Assembly: GCA_035529375.1 (NCBI GenBank)
Contig: DATKWU010000017.1
Span: 2,579-66,578 of the forward strand
Origin: Patescibacteria group bacterium
GTDB lineage: Bacteria; Patescibacteriota; Microgenomatia; PFEM01; JAHIFH01
Reading direction: 5' to 3'
DNA length: 64,000 nt
Each line of letters opens with the position of its first letter. The first letter of the stretch is position 1. The notes beneath the pieces were generated by a model that was not told the DNA's origin, did no database searches, and saw only the letters and a program-made list of their open reading frames with translations. The position numbers were made by a program, and so were the translations under genes. This document shows, in pieces, positions 45,291 through 54,374 of this stretch.

Positions 45291-45569
45291 TTACGGCATA
45301 AATGGTTTTTTCCAGGTTGAGGGTTCAAACATGAGGTCAACAATACGAGGATCAACGTCAAGGGTGTCAGCGAGTTGATTTCTGAACTTGGGATAATCCT
45401 CGTCAGTTGTCAGAATAACGTATAATTGTGTTATGAGAGAAAGGGTTAAACAGGCAATAGCAAAAAGGTTTTTGGATTTTTCCATGCGCGGCAGTCTCGA
45501 TGAATACCTTAATCCTACCCAAGAACTTAGCAACTTTGGAAAATGTTTGGTTAAAAAAGTAGTCCCCAT
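45291..45569 (-). pseudogene. Gene fragment duplicating the 3' end of the 46060-46806 gene
   Basis: Its C-terminal FRNQLADTLDVDPRIVDLMFEPST matches RDQLANALDVDPRIVDLMFEPST of the longer gene. About 75 nt are nearly identical (45305-45380 versus 46090-46165). Confidence 0.4.
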
Positions 45570-45921
45570 TGAGAATCTAGACCGAGAGCTAGTAATACTT
45601 GACTGGCCCTGGCTGGAGAAAGAGCATCAAGTCGACATGGCAATCTATTCAAAGAAAGGAAAATACCAAGAAGGCAGTCCTGTTCAAGTCATTGAGGCAA
45701 GAAGTGATTTTGATAAAGAAATAGAGGGATTCACCTCGACATTAAAAAATCCACTGACGGGAAACTACACTACTGTTACCCATATTTATTTAGCCCGGCC
45801 AATGGAAGGACAAAAGGATTTACTAACAGATATGCAATTAAAACCAGTAAATTCCCAACTAGTTTCTGGGTTAGACCCGGTAATAGTCGGAAGTCTTGAA
45901 GGCTTTCCTGGCTATACTTAA
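45433..45921 (+). CDS. Hypothetical protein (162 aa)
   Basis: This ORF overlaps the fragment on the opposite strand. It is uncertain which of the two is real. Confidence 0.3.
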   Translation: MRERVKQAIAKRFLDFSMRGSLDEYLNPTQELSNFGKCLVKKVVPIENLDRELVILDWPWLEKEHQVDMAIYSKKGKYQEGSPVQVIEARSDFDKEIEGFTSTLKNPLTGNYTTVTHIYLARPMEGQKDLLTDMQLKPVNSQLVSGLDPVIVGSLEGFPGYT

Positions 45922-46059
45922 TCCTCCGCAGAGACTGTGATTACCTCATTCAGGCCTTAAAATTATAATTCCCTCATCTCTCCTACCCTAGAATGTCGAA
46001 GTAAGACTAAGGCCTGTAACTTCATTCTCAGGTGTCAATAGGATCCCACCTAGAGGGTT

Positions 46060-46806
46060 TTAGCTAAAATTTGGATGCTGGAAAAGAAAATAGGTTGAGG
46101 GTTCAAACATGAGGTCGACAATACGTGGGTCAACATCAAGAGCGTTCGCTAGCTGATCCCTCTTTTTAGGGTAAATCTCATCAAGAGAAACGAGACCGTT
46201 TTCCAAAAAAGCGATGAAGCCGGGTTCAACATCAAGGTAGGCGGCGGCAACCTCTGGGGCTATCCCTTGACCCTGACGAAGAGCTTTAATAATCACACCT
46301 GCCTTACATACTAGTTCAGCTTCCTGCCGTTCCGCTTCGCTACCTTGCAACTTTTCGTACAGATTTCCAGAGCGTTCCACAAGCTCATCATTCCATTCGC
46401 GAGTGAAACCGTCTTCTTCACCGCCTGCTAAGAGAATTTCAAAAAGATCGGATCCTATGCCAAGTTCCAGAAGCTCCACTACTTCCTCTGGCTCATATAC
46501 CCTTTCTGAAATAGCAATTTCGCTTAATTCTAAAAGTTTCGTTTGGTCTAAAAAACTCGCTTCCTTAATTGAGTCCAGAAGTTGAATGGCTGTTTCTTGA
46601 TCGGAAGAAGCAATGATTCCTAAAAGGCTGGATTCTCCGCTAGACTGGGCTTCATCCATTTCACGCACCCTACTTTTTAGCTTCGATAATATTGGCTGCT
46701 TTTCGGCATTAATTTTTTGCTGCTCCAGGCGCCGCCCTTGCCAGACTTCGGCAATTTCTTTTGGCAGTTCGGCAGGAGGTCTCAATTCTTCGGGATTGAT
46801 AGCCAT
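46060..46806 (-). CDS. Acidic hypothetical protein (248 aa)
   Basis: Glu/Leu-rich helical ORF lying between the conjugation-module genes. Confidence 0.45.
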   Translation of the reverse strand: MAINPEELRPPAELPKEIAEVWQGRRLEQQKINAEKQPILSKLKSRVREMDEAQSSGESSLLGIIASSDQETAIQLLDSIKEASFLDQTKLLELSEIAISERVYEPEEVVELLELGIGSDLFEILLAGGEEDGFTREWNDELVERSGNLYEKLQGSEAERQEAELVCKAGVIIKALRQGQGIAPEVAAAYLDVEPGFIAFLENGLVSLDEIYPKKRDQLANALDVDPRIVDLMFEPSTYFLFQHPNFS

Positions 46807-46867
46807 GTAGCTTATTATATCAGATAGATCAATTTATCTTTATAAAAATTTAAATAATCCTCAATGG

Positions 46868-47647
46868 TTAAATAATTGCCTGCCAAACCTTCTTGCCTAC
46901 TCCCTCTTTTTTTATTTTCCCTGCCGTGGTTAAAAAGAACTGAATTTCGTAATTTTCTTCATCTTCCTGGGTTTCCCTGATGAATTTGTTTAAATATGCT
47001 TGCATGTATCTGTCCGAGCAGACTAGGAGAATGGTCGGGAAGGGGTGGCGGGTGGTTTTCTCCCAAAAATTGGATTGATAATAATTAAAAAATCTAAAAA
47101 GACGATGCCGCAAGGCATAACGGGGCGTTTTCCTGACAAACATTTCCAAAAAATATCTTTTGGTTTCACCCTGCGGCTCTTTGATGACGAAATACAAATC
47201 CGGCAGGGGTTCGGGGAGATAATCGTGTTTAGCCAAATCGGTCCGGTGGAAAAATTGGAGTTCGGCCTTGTCTTCCAAGCATAACTTGACCAGATGAAAA
47301 TAGATATCAGCTAGGAAAAGGCAGTGGTTGATGAATTTTCTTGAGCGTAAGTTTTCGCGATAGATTCGGTTAAGCAAGGCCTGGTTAATTTCTGGTTCTT
47401 TTCTCAAAACACCAGCCGCCTTTGACTTCAGGTAATAAATGGCTGGCTGGATGTTTTCTCCAAATTTTCGGGAGTAGATTCGACCAAGATACTTTTTCTC
47501 GGTTAATTCTTTCAGCCAGGCATTGATTCGCCCGGGGTTTTGGTGGTTGAGGAATTTTTGAAGATGATGACGATTGAGAAAGCGGAAGCGATATAAAAGA
47601 GTGAGGATTTCTATTTGCTTTGAGGTTGGTTTTTTTGTTTGATTCAT
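46868..47647 (-). CDS. Replication-relaxation family-like protein (putative plasmid/ICE replication or relaxase accessory factor)
   Basis: The N-terminal wHTH-like KQIEILTLLYRFRFLNRHHLQKFL is typical of the replication-relaxation family. 259 aa. Confidence 0.45.
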   Translation of the reverse strand: MNQTKKPTSKQIEILTLLYRFRFLNRHHLQKFLNHQNPGRINAWLKELTEKKYLGRIYSRKFGENIQPAIYYLKSKAAGVLRKEPEINQALLNRIYRENLRSRKFINHCLFLADIYFHLVKLCLEDKAELQFFHRTDLAKHDYLPEPLPDLYFVIKEPQGETKRYFLEMFVRKTPRYALRHRLFRFFNYYQSNFWEKTTRHPFPTILLVCSDRYMQAYLNKFIRETQEDEENYEIQFFLTTAGKIKKEGVGKKVWQAII

Positions 47648-47791
47648 AAGGTCGTTGGTGTTGGTTTATTTCCCCCAACTTTTGGCTGTTGACGTTTCTC
47701 CTCCTTATTTATAAGGGATAAGGGGTAGTGGTTATCGTCATTTTTAAGGCTAAATTCATTGATTTTTTGTGGTAGAGCGCTACGACAATTT

Positions 47792-50443
47792 TCAGGGCAG
47801 GATGTTCCCCGTTTGAGTCTCAGTGATTAATTTCGGTTGTAACTTTTTGTTTATCTCTTTGCTTTTCACTGCTTGTTTTTTATAAGGCAAGGTATAAAGT
47901 TTTCTTGACCGCTCGATGATTTGATTGGTTCTTTGATTGTCGAGGCTGGCAACCACGGGCGTGGTCACTCCAGAAAAAGGCTCTTCCGGATTAAGGGCGC
48001 TGATTTTGATATAGAAGTTAAACGAAGGCAGACTGGCAATTTCCCCTTTTTCGACGTAAGGCGAGAATTGGGGCAGAATCAATTTTTCGTCTTCTGGGTT
48101 GGCGGTTCGGAAGCAAATCACCGTCCCGGTGTTGGCCAGAGTAACGTTGACCAACGACCTGTCTTCAATCTGAGAAGTGGTCTGGTGAGCCATAATGGCA
48201 TTCAGGCGGTATTTTCTGGCTTCTGACAGGATTTCCGCAAAAGCGGTGGTGGCAAAATTCTGAAACTCATCAACGTAAAGATAAAAGTCCTTTCTCTCCT
48301 TGTCGGTTACTCTGGCTCTTTTTAAAGCCGCCAGCTGGATTTTGGTCATGATGAGGATCCCGAAAACCTCGGAAGAGTCTTCACCAATCCTGCCCTTGGA
48401 AACGTTGCAGAGCAGGATTTTTCCGGAAGATAAAATCTCGTCAAAGTTGATGCTGGATTTTTCCTGCTCTAGAATTCTTTTGGCGGTCGGCGAAAAGAGG
48501 AAGCGGCCGATCTTATTGGTAATCGGCGAAATCATTTTCACCTTCTGGTAATCACCGGCTTTGGCAAACTCATAGCGCCAAAAATCTTTCAAGTTTTCAT
48601 CATCCAAACTTCGGACAACCCTTTTGCGGTAAGGAGTGTTAATCAGCAGTTTGTAAACCGTAAACAGGGTTGGGTTTTCGGTGGCAAAAGCGGTGTGGAT
48701 GGTGTTTCTTAGGATATATTCCATTCTCGGTCCGGAATACTTTTCCGAATAGATTTTGTGAAACAGGGAAATAATGCTTTCCGTCAAAAATTCTTTTTCC
48801 CGGAGGGCATCATCTTCGTTCAAATCGGGTGTTAGCTCCAACAGGTTGAGACCAATCGGGTGGCTGACGTCATCCGGGTTAAAATAAATAACGTCGTTGA
48901 CCCTTTCCTGGGGAATGGCAGGTAAAATTTGGTCGATTAAATCTCCGTGAGGGTCAATCACGCATAATCCCTTTTTGTTTTTAATATCCTGCAAAATCAT
49001 CGACAAAAGCAAAGTCGATTTGCCGGTGCCGGTGGCCCCGAGGATATAAATATGCCTTCTTCTTTCGTCTGCGGTTAAACCGATTTTAGTGTCCGTCCCG
49101 CCATAAGTGTTTTTGGCAAAGACAACATCAAAGCCATCTGCCTTTTTTAAGGAAAGCGGCGCGGGCAGTTGCTTGCTGTGCTGTTTGACCAAATCTTCGG
49201 TTTTAGTCTTGATTGTAAAGGGCAAATGGTAAATATCGGCTACTTCTGAGGCTGACAGAACCGAGTTGCCCAATAAACCAAGTAATCTGTTTCTAAACAA
49301 ATAAGCTTTGGTTTGTTTAATTAAACCGTGTTTAAAGTTGAAAAAAGAGACCAACGACTGGTAATGGGAATTATTAAACGAAGAAAGGGCGGAAACAAAG
49401 CCCTTAATCCGTTTATTTTGCTTGGGGCGATTTTTACTGACAACCAGCAGACGCAAAGAAGTCTTAAAAAGCTGCTGGTCTAGCTTGTCTTTGATCATCT
49501 CTTCCAGTTCCTTTTGGTAAGCGTCGCCTGCTCTGCTGTCATGTTTTAATCCCTCAAGATGCAAAAGCGGCCCTTCCTTGCCGCCAGTGACTAAAAATAT
49601 CAAAAACCCAAAAGGAATAAGGAATAAATAAAGAATAAATCTCAGCAATAATTTAAATGAGCTGATTGCTTGCTGGTTTAATTTCAAGTTTTTTAAACCG
49701 GTTAGCAAGTCGCTTCTGGTGGAAATCAGACCGGTGATTGTTCTTGCCTGTTTTAAATCGCGTCTGTTGGCCGGAGAAGCAACGATTTGAAAAGAAATTA
49801 GTTCGTCTCTGTCCAGCTTGGTCATACTGCCGGTAATATAAGCAATGGGGTCGTGTTCTTGAAGCAGTCTTTGATTTTTTAAGGGATAAGCAAAGTGGTT
49901 TGATTGTTTAAAGCTAGCAATCTTAAATTGGTTGTTTTTAAATTTTTTTGGCAAATAGTCGCCAACCCGATTGATACTAATTCCCGGAAGGTAGGAAAGA
50001 AGACTTTTTTTAACCAATTCTGCGTCTTCATCGTTAATTCTCAGCAGATACCTGATACCCTCTTTTTTGGTGGAAACAATTTCAAAGGCATAGTTTTTGT
50101 AGCTATCCATCAGTTTGTAAAATAGGGATCGCTGTCTGGCCAAACCATGAATAAGATTAAAAAGCTGCTGGGTGGAAAGCGGGCTTTGCAGGGTTTCGGT
50201 TAATGGTCTAATCTCGAACAAGACAGACTTTTGCTTTAGCTCTAGTCTAATCAGCAGGAATCTTAATAAGGCATAGATAGTCAGAAGGAGGATGAAGGTT
50301 GAGGCTAAGATAATAAGTAAGTTGCCAAGGAAGGAAACTGGTAGGAGTCTTAGGATTTTATTAAAGGAAAAGTCGATTTGAAGAAAAGAACTAAAAACAA
50401 GGCTGTTCTTAAAAAAATCTACTGATTCACCAAAAATCCTCAT
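47792..50443 (-). CDS. Type IV coupling protein (VirD4/TraG/TraD/TcpA-like, FtsK-HerA superfamily ATPase) with an N-terminal membrane domain
   Basis: N-terminal TM helices, Walker A IYILGATGTGKSTLL and Walker B LYVDEFQNF, 883 aa. Confidence 0.7.
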   Translation of the reverse strand: MRIFGESVDFFKNSLVFSSFLQIDFSFNKILRLLPVSFLGNLLIILASTFILLLTIYALLRFLLIRLELKQKSVLFEIRPLTETLQSPLSTQQLFNLIHGLARQRSLFYKLMDSYKNYAFEIVSTKKEGIRYLLRINDEDAELVKKSLLSYLPGISINRVGDYLPKKFKNNQFKIASFKQSNHFAYPLKNQRLLQEHDPIAYITGSMTKLDRDELISFQIVASPANRRDLKQARTITGLISTRSDLLTGLKNLKLNQQAISSFKLLLRFILYLFLIPFGFLIFLVTGGKEGPLLHLEGLKHDSRAGDAYQKELEEMIKDKLDQQLFKTSLRLLVVSKNRPKQNKRIKGFVSALSSFNNSHYQSLVSFFNFKHGLIKQTKAYLFRNRLLGLLGNSVLSASEVADIYHLPFTIKTKTEDLVKQHSKQLPAPLSLKKADGFDVVFAKNTYGGTDTKIGLTADERRRHIYILGATGTGKSTLLLSMILQDIKNKKGLCVIDPHGDLIDQILPAIPQERVNDVIYFNPDDVSHPIGLNLLELTPDLNEDDALREKEFLTESIISLFHKIYSEKYSGPRMEYILRNTIHTAFATENPTLFTVYKLLINTPYRKRVVRSLDDENLKDFWRYEFAKAGDYQKVKMISPITNKIGRFLFSPTAKRILEQEKSSINFDEILSSGKILLCNVSKGRIGEDSSEVFGILIMTKIQLAALKRARVTDKERKDFYLYVDEFQNFATTAFAEILSEARKYRLNAIMAHQTTSQIEDRSLVNVTLANTGTVICFRTANPEDEKLILPQFSPYVEKGEIASLPSFNFYIKISALNPEEPFSGVTTPVVASLDNQRTNQIIERSRKLYTLPYKKQAVKSKEINKKLQPKLITETQTGNILP

Positions 50444-50535
50444 AATTTATCCCTCAGGCAGGATGATTATGAGGCAGGTTGCTTATTAGTATACTACATC
50501 TAACAAGGAATCTAAACCCCTTTTCTTTTTACTAC

Positions 50536-50580
50536 TTGACAAGCTGTTTTACCCTTGTTATACTATCCATATATGGATAG
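50536..50580 (+). promoter_or_regulatory. Promoter (TTGACA, 17 nt, TATACT) overlapped by a perfect 18-bp palindrome ctatccatatatggatag (likely operator)
   Basis: ttgaca at 50536-50541 and tatact at 50559-50564. The palindrome at 50563-50580 is perfectly self-complementary. Confidence 0.45.
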
Positions 50581-50629
50581 TTAATAAACTAAAGATATAA
50601 GATTCGAGGCTAGGTTAAGAGTAAAATCC

Positions 50630-50764
50630 ATGAGTAAAGAGCAATTTTCAAGAAATAACAAGAAGGAAAAGGGTAAAAAAGAGGACCGGATGAAGATATT
50701 TGCCAACTTCCTCGTCGACAGAATTATCGAAGAGCAGAATAAGGCTAAATTAATTGGGGAATAG
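50630..50764 (+). CDS. Small basic protein (44 aa) between the promoter/operator and the serine recombinase gene
   Basis: MSKEQFSRNNKKEKGKKEDRMKIFANFLVDRIIEEQNKAKLIGE. It is below the ORF-track cutoff. Confidence 0.3.
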   Translation: MSKEQFSRNNKKEKGKKEDRMKIFANFLVDRIIEEQNKAKLIGE

Positions 50765-50768
50765 TCAA

Positions 50769-52493
50769 ATGGGTAACCTGCCAAAACCTGAAAATGCCGT
50801 TGCCGCGATCAGAATCTCTTCTTTAAAACAAGGGCTTCAGGGCGATTCACCGGAAGACCAAAAAGAGCAAATCGAAAGGTTTGCGGAAAACCACAATATC
50901 AAGATTAAAAAGTTCTTCATCTTCATGGAGAGCGCTTCTAAAGAAGAGCAGCCGGTCCAGGAAGCGATTGATTACTGTAAAAAGCCAAAAAACGACATCC
51001 AGCTATTCATTGTCAAATCGATTGACCGCTTTACCAGAGGCGGGTCTTATCTCTATGACCATCTTAAAATGCAGCTGGTTAAATATGAGGTCAAACTGGT
51101 TGATATTTACGGGGTTATCAGCAGTCAGGAAGTAAACACTTTAGAGCATTTAAACATCAAATACGATTGGAGCGTCTACAACCCCACTAAAAAAACGGAA
51201 ATTTTGGAAGCAGAGCGGGCCAAAGACGAAATGAGAGATATCATGACCAGGATGATTGGCGCCGAGATTAGGTACGTGAGAATGGGCTACCGGGTGCGAC
51301 AAGCCCCCTTTGGCTATGTCAATGAGAAAGTGGAAACCGCTCATGGCAAGAGAGTCATCTTAAAACCCCATCCTAAAGAGTCAAAATGGATTATCAGAAT
51401 GTTTGAGCTTCGGGCCAACAGCAGCTTAAGCGATCAGGAAATTGTTGACAAGCTAAACAAGTTGGGCTTTAAAACCAGGAGGCGCTATCGCCGCGACCCT
51501 AAAGACAGAACCAAAATAATCGGCCAGACGGGAGAGTGCCCGCTGTCTTTAAAAGCTCTCTGGAAATATATTCGAAGTCCTATTTATGCCGGCGTCAACA
51601 TTGAAAAATGGACTAAGGACAAACCAGTAAAAGCCAAATTTAAGGGTTTAGTATCGGTTGAGACTTTTAATAAAGCTAATAAAGGCAAGGTTATCATTTC
51701 CGAAGAAAACGGCCAGATAGAATTCTGGAAGAAAAAGCCCCCCGACCATTTGCTTTACAAATCGGTTAGAAATCCCAAATTTCCCTACAAAAGATATGTT
51801 TTGTGCCCGATTTGCGAAAAACCTTTATATGGCAGCGCTTCCCGGGGAAGGCTTGGCAAATATTATCCTGCCTATCATTGTAATAAGCGGGGCCATTATT
51901 TCCGGGTGCCAAAGCAGGAATTTGAAGAAACGATTGCTGGTTTTGTCAGCAATTTGGGCATCAAACCAAAGTGCGTCAAAGACTTGAAAAAGTATGTCAT
52001 TGATTTATGGCAGAAAAAAATGGAAAACAGTCAAAAGGACAATAAGCAGATAGACCGGAAAATCAAAGAACTGAAATCTTTAGCCGAGATAACCGCTGAT
52101 AAGATTAAATACCTTGAGTCTGCTACCGCCATTAAGTACATGGAAGAAGAGCTGGTTAAAACCGAAAAAGAGATTAGAAACCTCCAAGCAGGCAAAATAG
52201 AAAACAAAGAAAAAGACGTCAATATGGAACGAGTAATGGAGTTTGTCGGTTACTTTCTGGAACACTTGGAAGAACTGATTCTCGGAGGCTCAAATCCTCT
52301 GAAAAGAGCTGATTATTTTGGGCTTATCTTTGAGAAACCGCCTACCTACGAAGAATTGGTTTCTGGAACACCAAAATTGGCTCCATTTATCGAACTAAAA
52401 GACGATTTTGGCTCCTCTTTAGTCCCAATGTGTGAGCCCGGAAGGAATCGAACCTTCGACACCCTGCTTAAAAGGCAGGTGCTCTACCGCTGA
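50769..52493 (+). CDS. Large serine recombinase (resolvase/invertase catalytic domain, recombinase domain, zinc ribbon, coiled coil)
   Basis: N-terminal AVAAIRISSLKQ...SIDRFTRG is the serine-recombinase catalytic region. A zinc ribbon CPICEKP...YHCNKRGHY and a C-terminal coiled coil follow. The ORF in the track starts at TTG 50754. The 3' end runs 61 nt into tRNA-Lys on the opposite strand. Confidence 0.8.
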   Translation: MGNLPKPENAVAAIRISSLKQGLQGDSPEDQKEQIERFAENHNIKIKKFFIFMESASKEEQPVQEAIDYCKKPKNDIQLFIVKSIDRFTRGGSYLYDHLKMQLVKYEVKLVDIYGVISSQEVNTLEHLNIKYDWSVYNPTKKTEILEAERAKDEMRDIMTRMIGAEIRYVRMGYRVRQAPFGYVNEKVETAHGKRVILKPHPKESKWIIRMFELRANSSLSDQEIVDKLNKLGFKTRRRYRRDPKDRTKIIGQTGECPLSLKALWKYIRSPIYAGVNIEKWTKDKPVKAKFKGLVSVETFNKANKGKVIISEENGQIEFWKKKPPDHLLYKSVRNPKFPYKRYVLCPICEKPLYGSASRGRLGKYYPAYHCNKRGHYFRVPKQEFEETIAGFVSNLGIKPKCVKDLKKYVIDLWQKKMENSQKDNKQIDRKIKELKSLAEITADKIKYLESATAIKYMEEELVKTEKEIRNLQAGKIENKEKDVNMERVMEFVGYFLEHLEELILGGSNPLKRADYFGLIFEKPPTYEELVSGTPKLAPFIELKDDFGSSLVPMCEPGRNRTFDTLLKRQVLYR

Positions 52494-52504
52494 GCTACGG
52501 GCCC
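52433..52504 (-). tRNA. tRNA-Lys (anticodon UUU)
   Basis: The reverse complement GGGCCCGTAGCTCAGCGGTAGAGCACCTGCCTTTTAAGCAGGGTGTCGAAGGTTCGATTCCTTCCGGGCTCA folds as a cloverleaf with T loop TTCGATT and anticodon loop CTTTTAA. Confidence 0.85.
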
Positions 52505-52560
52505 TCGTTGCTTATTTTAGCAAATTTGTGGGTCTCCTACAAGCGTGCTATACTGACTCT

Positions 52561-53037
52561 ATGCTCATTTTAGGAATTGATCCAGGTACAGCCGATACGG
52601 GTTTTGGGGTAATTAAATGTAGTCGAACCGAAATCAAATTGGTTGATTACGGTAAAATTCAAACTTCTAATAAAGATTCATCTTCTAAAAGACTTGATTT
52701 GATTTATGAACAAGCCACTACCATCATTCGAAAACATAAACCTCAAGTTTTAGCCATCGAAAGTCTTTTTTTTAATGCTAATGCTAAATCCGCTTCAGCT
52801 GTTGGCCAAGCTATCGGGGTGATTAAATTAGCGGCCGCCAAAAAGAAAATTGAAGTTTTTGAGTATGCCCCCTTAAAAGTAAAAATGTCTCTAACTAAAA
52901 ATGGTCGGGCTGAAAAAAGACAGGTTCAGTCTGAAGTCAGAAAAGCCTTGCGAGTCAGAAAAATTCCTCGACCAACTCATGCGGCTGACGCTCTAGCCGT
53001 TGCTATTTGTCACTGGCAAGAAACTAGGAAAAAATGA
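52561..53037 (+). CDS. ruvC: Holliday junction resolvase RuvC
   Basis: MLILGIDPGTADTGFGV...LAIESLFF...THAADALAVAICH are the RuvC catalytic motifs. The track ORF at 52432 is over-extended. Confidence 0.85.
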   Translation: MLILGIDPGTADTGFGVIKCSRTEIKLVDYGKIQTSNKDSSSKRLDLIYEQATTIIRKHKPQVLAIESLFFNANAKSASAVGQAIGVIKLAAAKKKIEVFEYAPLKVKMSLTKNGRAEKRQVQSEVRKALRVRKIPRPTHAADALAVAICHWQETRKK

Positions 53038-53076
53038 TAGAATATTATTTAGGAAGGGGGTGAATCATAAAACAGA

Positions 53077-53325
53077 ATGGCTAATACTAAATTAGGTACC
53101 ATTACCCACTATTACGATAAAATTGGCGTGGGCGTAGTTGATGTCCTAGCCTCAATTAAGGTGGGTGACAAAGTTAAAATCACTGGTAGTAATGAATTTG
53201 AACAGGAAATTACTTCAATGCAAATAGAACACGAGAATATTGATAGCGCCAAAAAGGGTGATCAGATTGGTCTTAAAATTGACCAGTCAGTCAAAGAGGG
53301 AGACGAACTTTATAAAGTAGGTTAA
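53077..53325 (+). CDS. Small hypothetical beta-rich protein (82 aa)
   Basis: ORF with an RBS gaaggggg. Confidence 0.35.
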   Translation: MANTKLGTITHYYDKIGVGVVDVLASIKVGDKVKITGSNEFEQEITSMQIEHENIDSAKKGDQIGLKIDQSVKEGDELYKVG

Positions 53326-53326
53326 G

Positions 53327-53710
53327 ATGGATTGGCAACTAGCCCCCGAACTTCATCGAAGGGTTAAAAAATTAGTCAAAGCCCTTCAGTTTTCTCATAT
53401 TGATTCGAAGAAAATCGTGGTTTTTCGAAGTTATGGTTCTAAATCAAGAGCCAGGGCCAGAATTTGGAGTTTACCCAGGATCTGGCAAAAAGCCCTCAAA
53501 GTTAAACCCCATTACTGCTTAGAAGTTCTTTCTGAAAAGTTTGATAATCTTTCTATTAAAGACCAAGATAAAATTTTGATTCACGAGCTCCTTCATATCC
53601 CCAAAACCTTTTCTGGCGCCCTCCTTTCTCACCGCGGCCGAAAAAGAAGAATTGACAATCGAACCGTAGATAAGTTATATAAGGCTATCAATGCTCATTA
53701 TTCACGGTGA
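53327..53710 (+). CDS. HExxH-motif putative zinc metallopeptidase-like protein
   Basis: ILIHELLHIP carries the HExxH motif. 127 aa. Confidence 0.4.
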   Translation: MDWQLAPELHRRVKKLVKALQFSHIDSKKIVVFRSYGSKSRARARIWSLPRIWQKALKVKPHYCLEVLSEKFDNLSIKDQDKILIHELLHIPKTFSGALLSHRGRKRRIDNRTVDKLYKAINAHYSR

Positions 53711-54365
53711 CAATCAGGTTGAAAGTCGGCAATTTTTAAGCTCTCAAATAGAAAGTGCCAAATCCAGGGATAAAGAAATCATTCATTTTGAGGGCAAGAA
53801 CGTAGATTTGGAAGCAATTCAAACAGTTTTGGAAACAAAGTCACTTCTAGGTAGGGAAAATTTGATCGTGATTGAGAATTTACTGGCCGAAACACCTTCA
53901 AAACTAATAATTGATTATTTAAACAAAAATAATCCCCAAAACTTGATTATTTGGGAAGAAAAAGAACTTAGCCAGGCAAAATTAAAACAAATCAAGGCTA
54001 AAGTCCAGGTTTTTAAACTACCAACAATTATTTTTAAATTCCTTGATTCTTTTCTTCCAGGCAACAGTCGTTTTTCTCTTCAGCTTTTAAGACAAGCCGT
54101 CAATCAATCTTCAGCCGAAGGTGTTTTTTACATGCTTGCTAGGCAAGTCCGTTATCTGATTATCGCTAACCAACTAGATAAGGAAGGCTTAACTGGTCTT
54201 CATCCTTTTCAAGTCCAAAAAATAGCAAATCAGACCAAAAAATTTAAATTAGGCGAGCTTTTAACCATTCACCGAAAACTGCTTTACATTGATTGGCAAC
54301 AGAAAACTGGTCAGGCACCCATGGATTTAGCTGGTCAGCTTGACCTTTTAATAGCTTCTCTCTAG
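53691..54365 (+). CDS. holA: DNA polymerase III delta subunit-like (short HolA)
   Basis: N-terminal MLIIHGDNQVESRQFL...LLGRENLIVIENLL resembles the delta N-terminal domain. At 224 aa it is a short form. Confidence 0.5.
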   Translation: MLIIHGDNQVESRQFLSSQIESAKSRDKEIIHFEGKNVDLEAIQTVLETKSLLGRENLIVIENLLAETPSKLIIDYLNKNNPQNLIIWEEKELSQAKLKQIKAKVQVFKLPTIIFKFLDSFLPGNSRFSLQLLRQAVNQSSAEGVFYMLARQVRYLIIANQLDKEGLTGLHPFQVQKIANQTKKFKLGELLTIHRKLLYIDWQQKTGQAPMDLAGQLDLLIASL

Positions 54366-54374
54366 AATGAAAGT

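Noticed and set aside
47045-47284. + strand 79-aa ORF inside the replication-relaxation-like gene; 46403-46810 + ORFs inside the acidic protein gene.
   Set aside because: Antisense and nested. Low-complexity Ser/Arg-rich translations.
50754-50768. TTG start at 50754 for the serine recombinase.
   Set aside because: The in-frame ATG at 50769 is more plausible. The upstream codons overlap the stop of the small ORF.
52432-52560. N-terminal extension of the ruvC ORF (MSPEGIEPSTPCLKGRCSTAELRA...) overlapping tRNA-Lys.
   Set aside because: It is a translation of the tRNA gene's sense sequence. RuvC homology starts at MLILGIDPG (52561).
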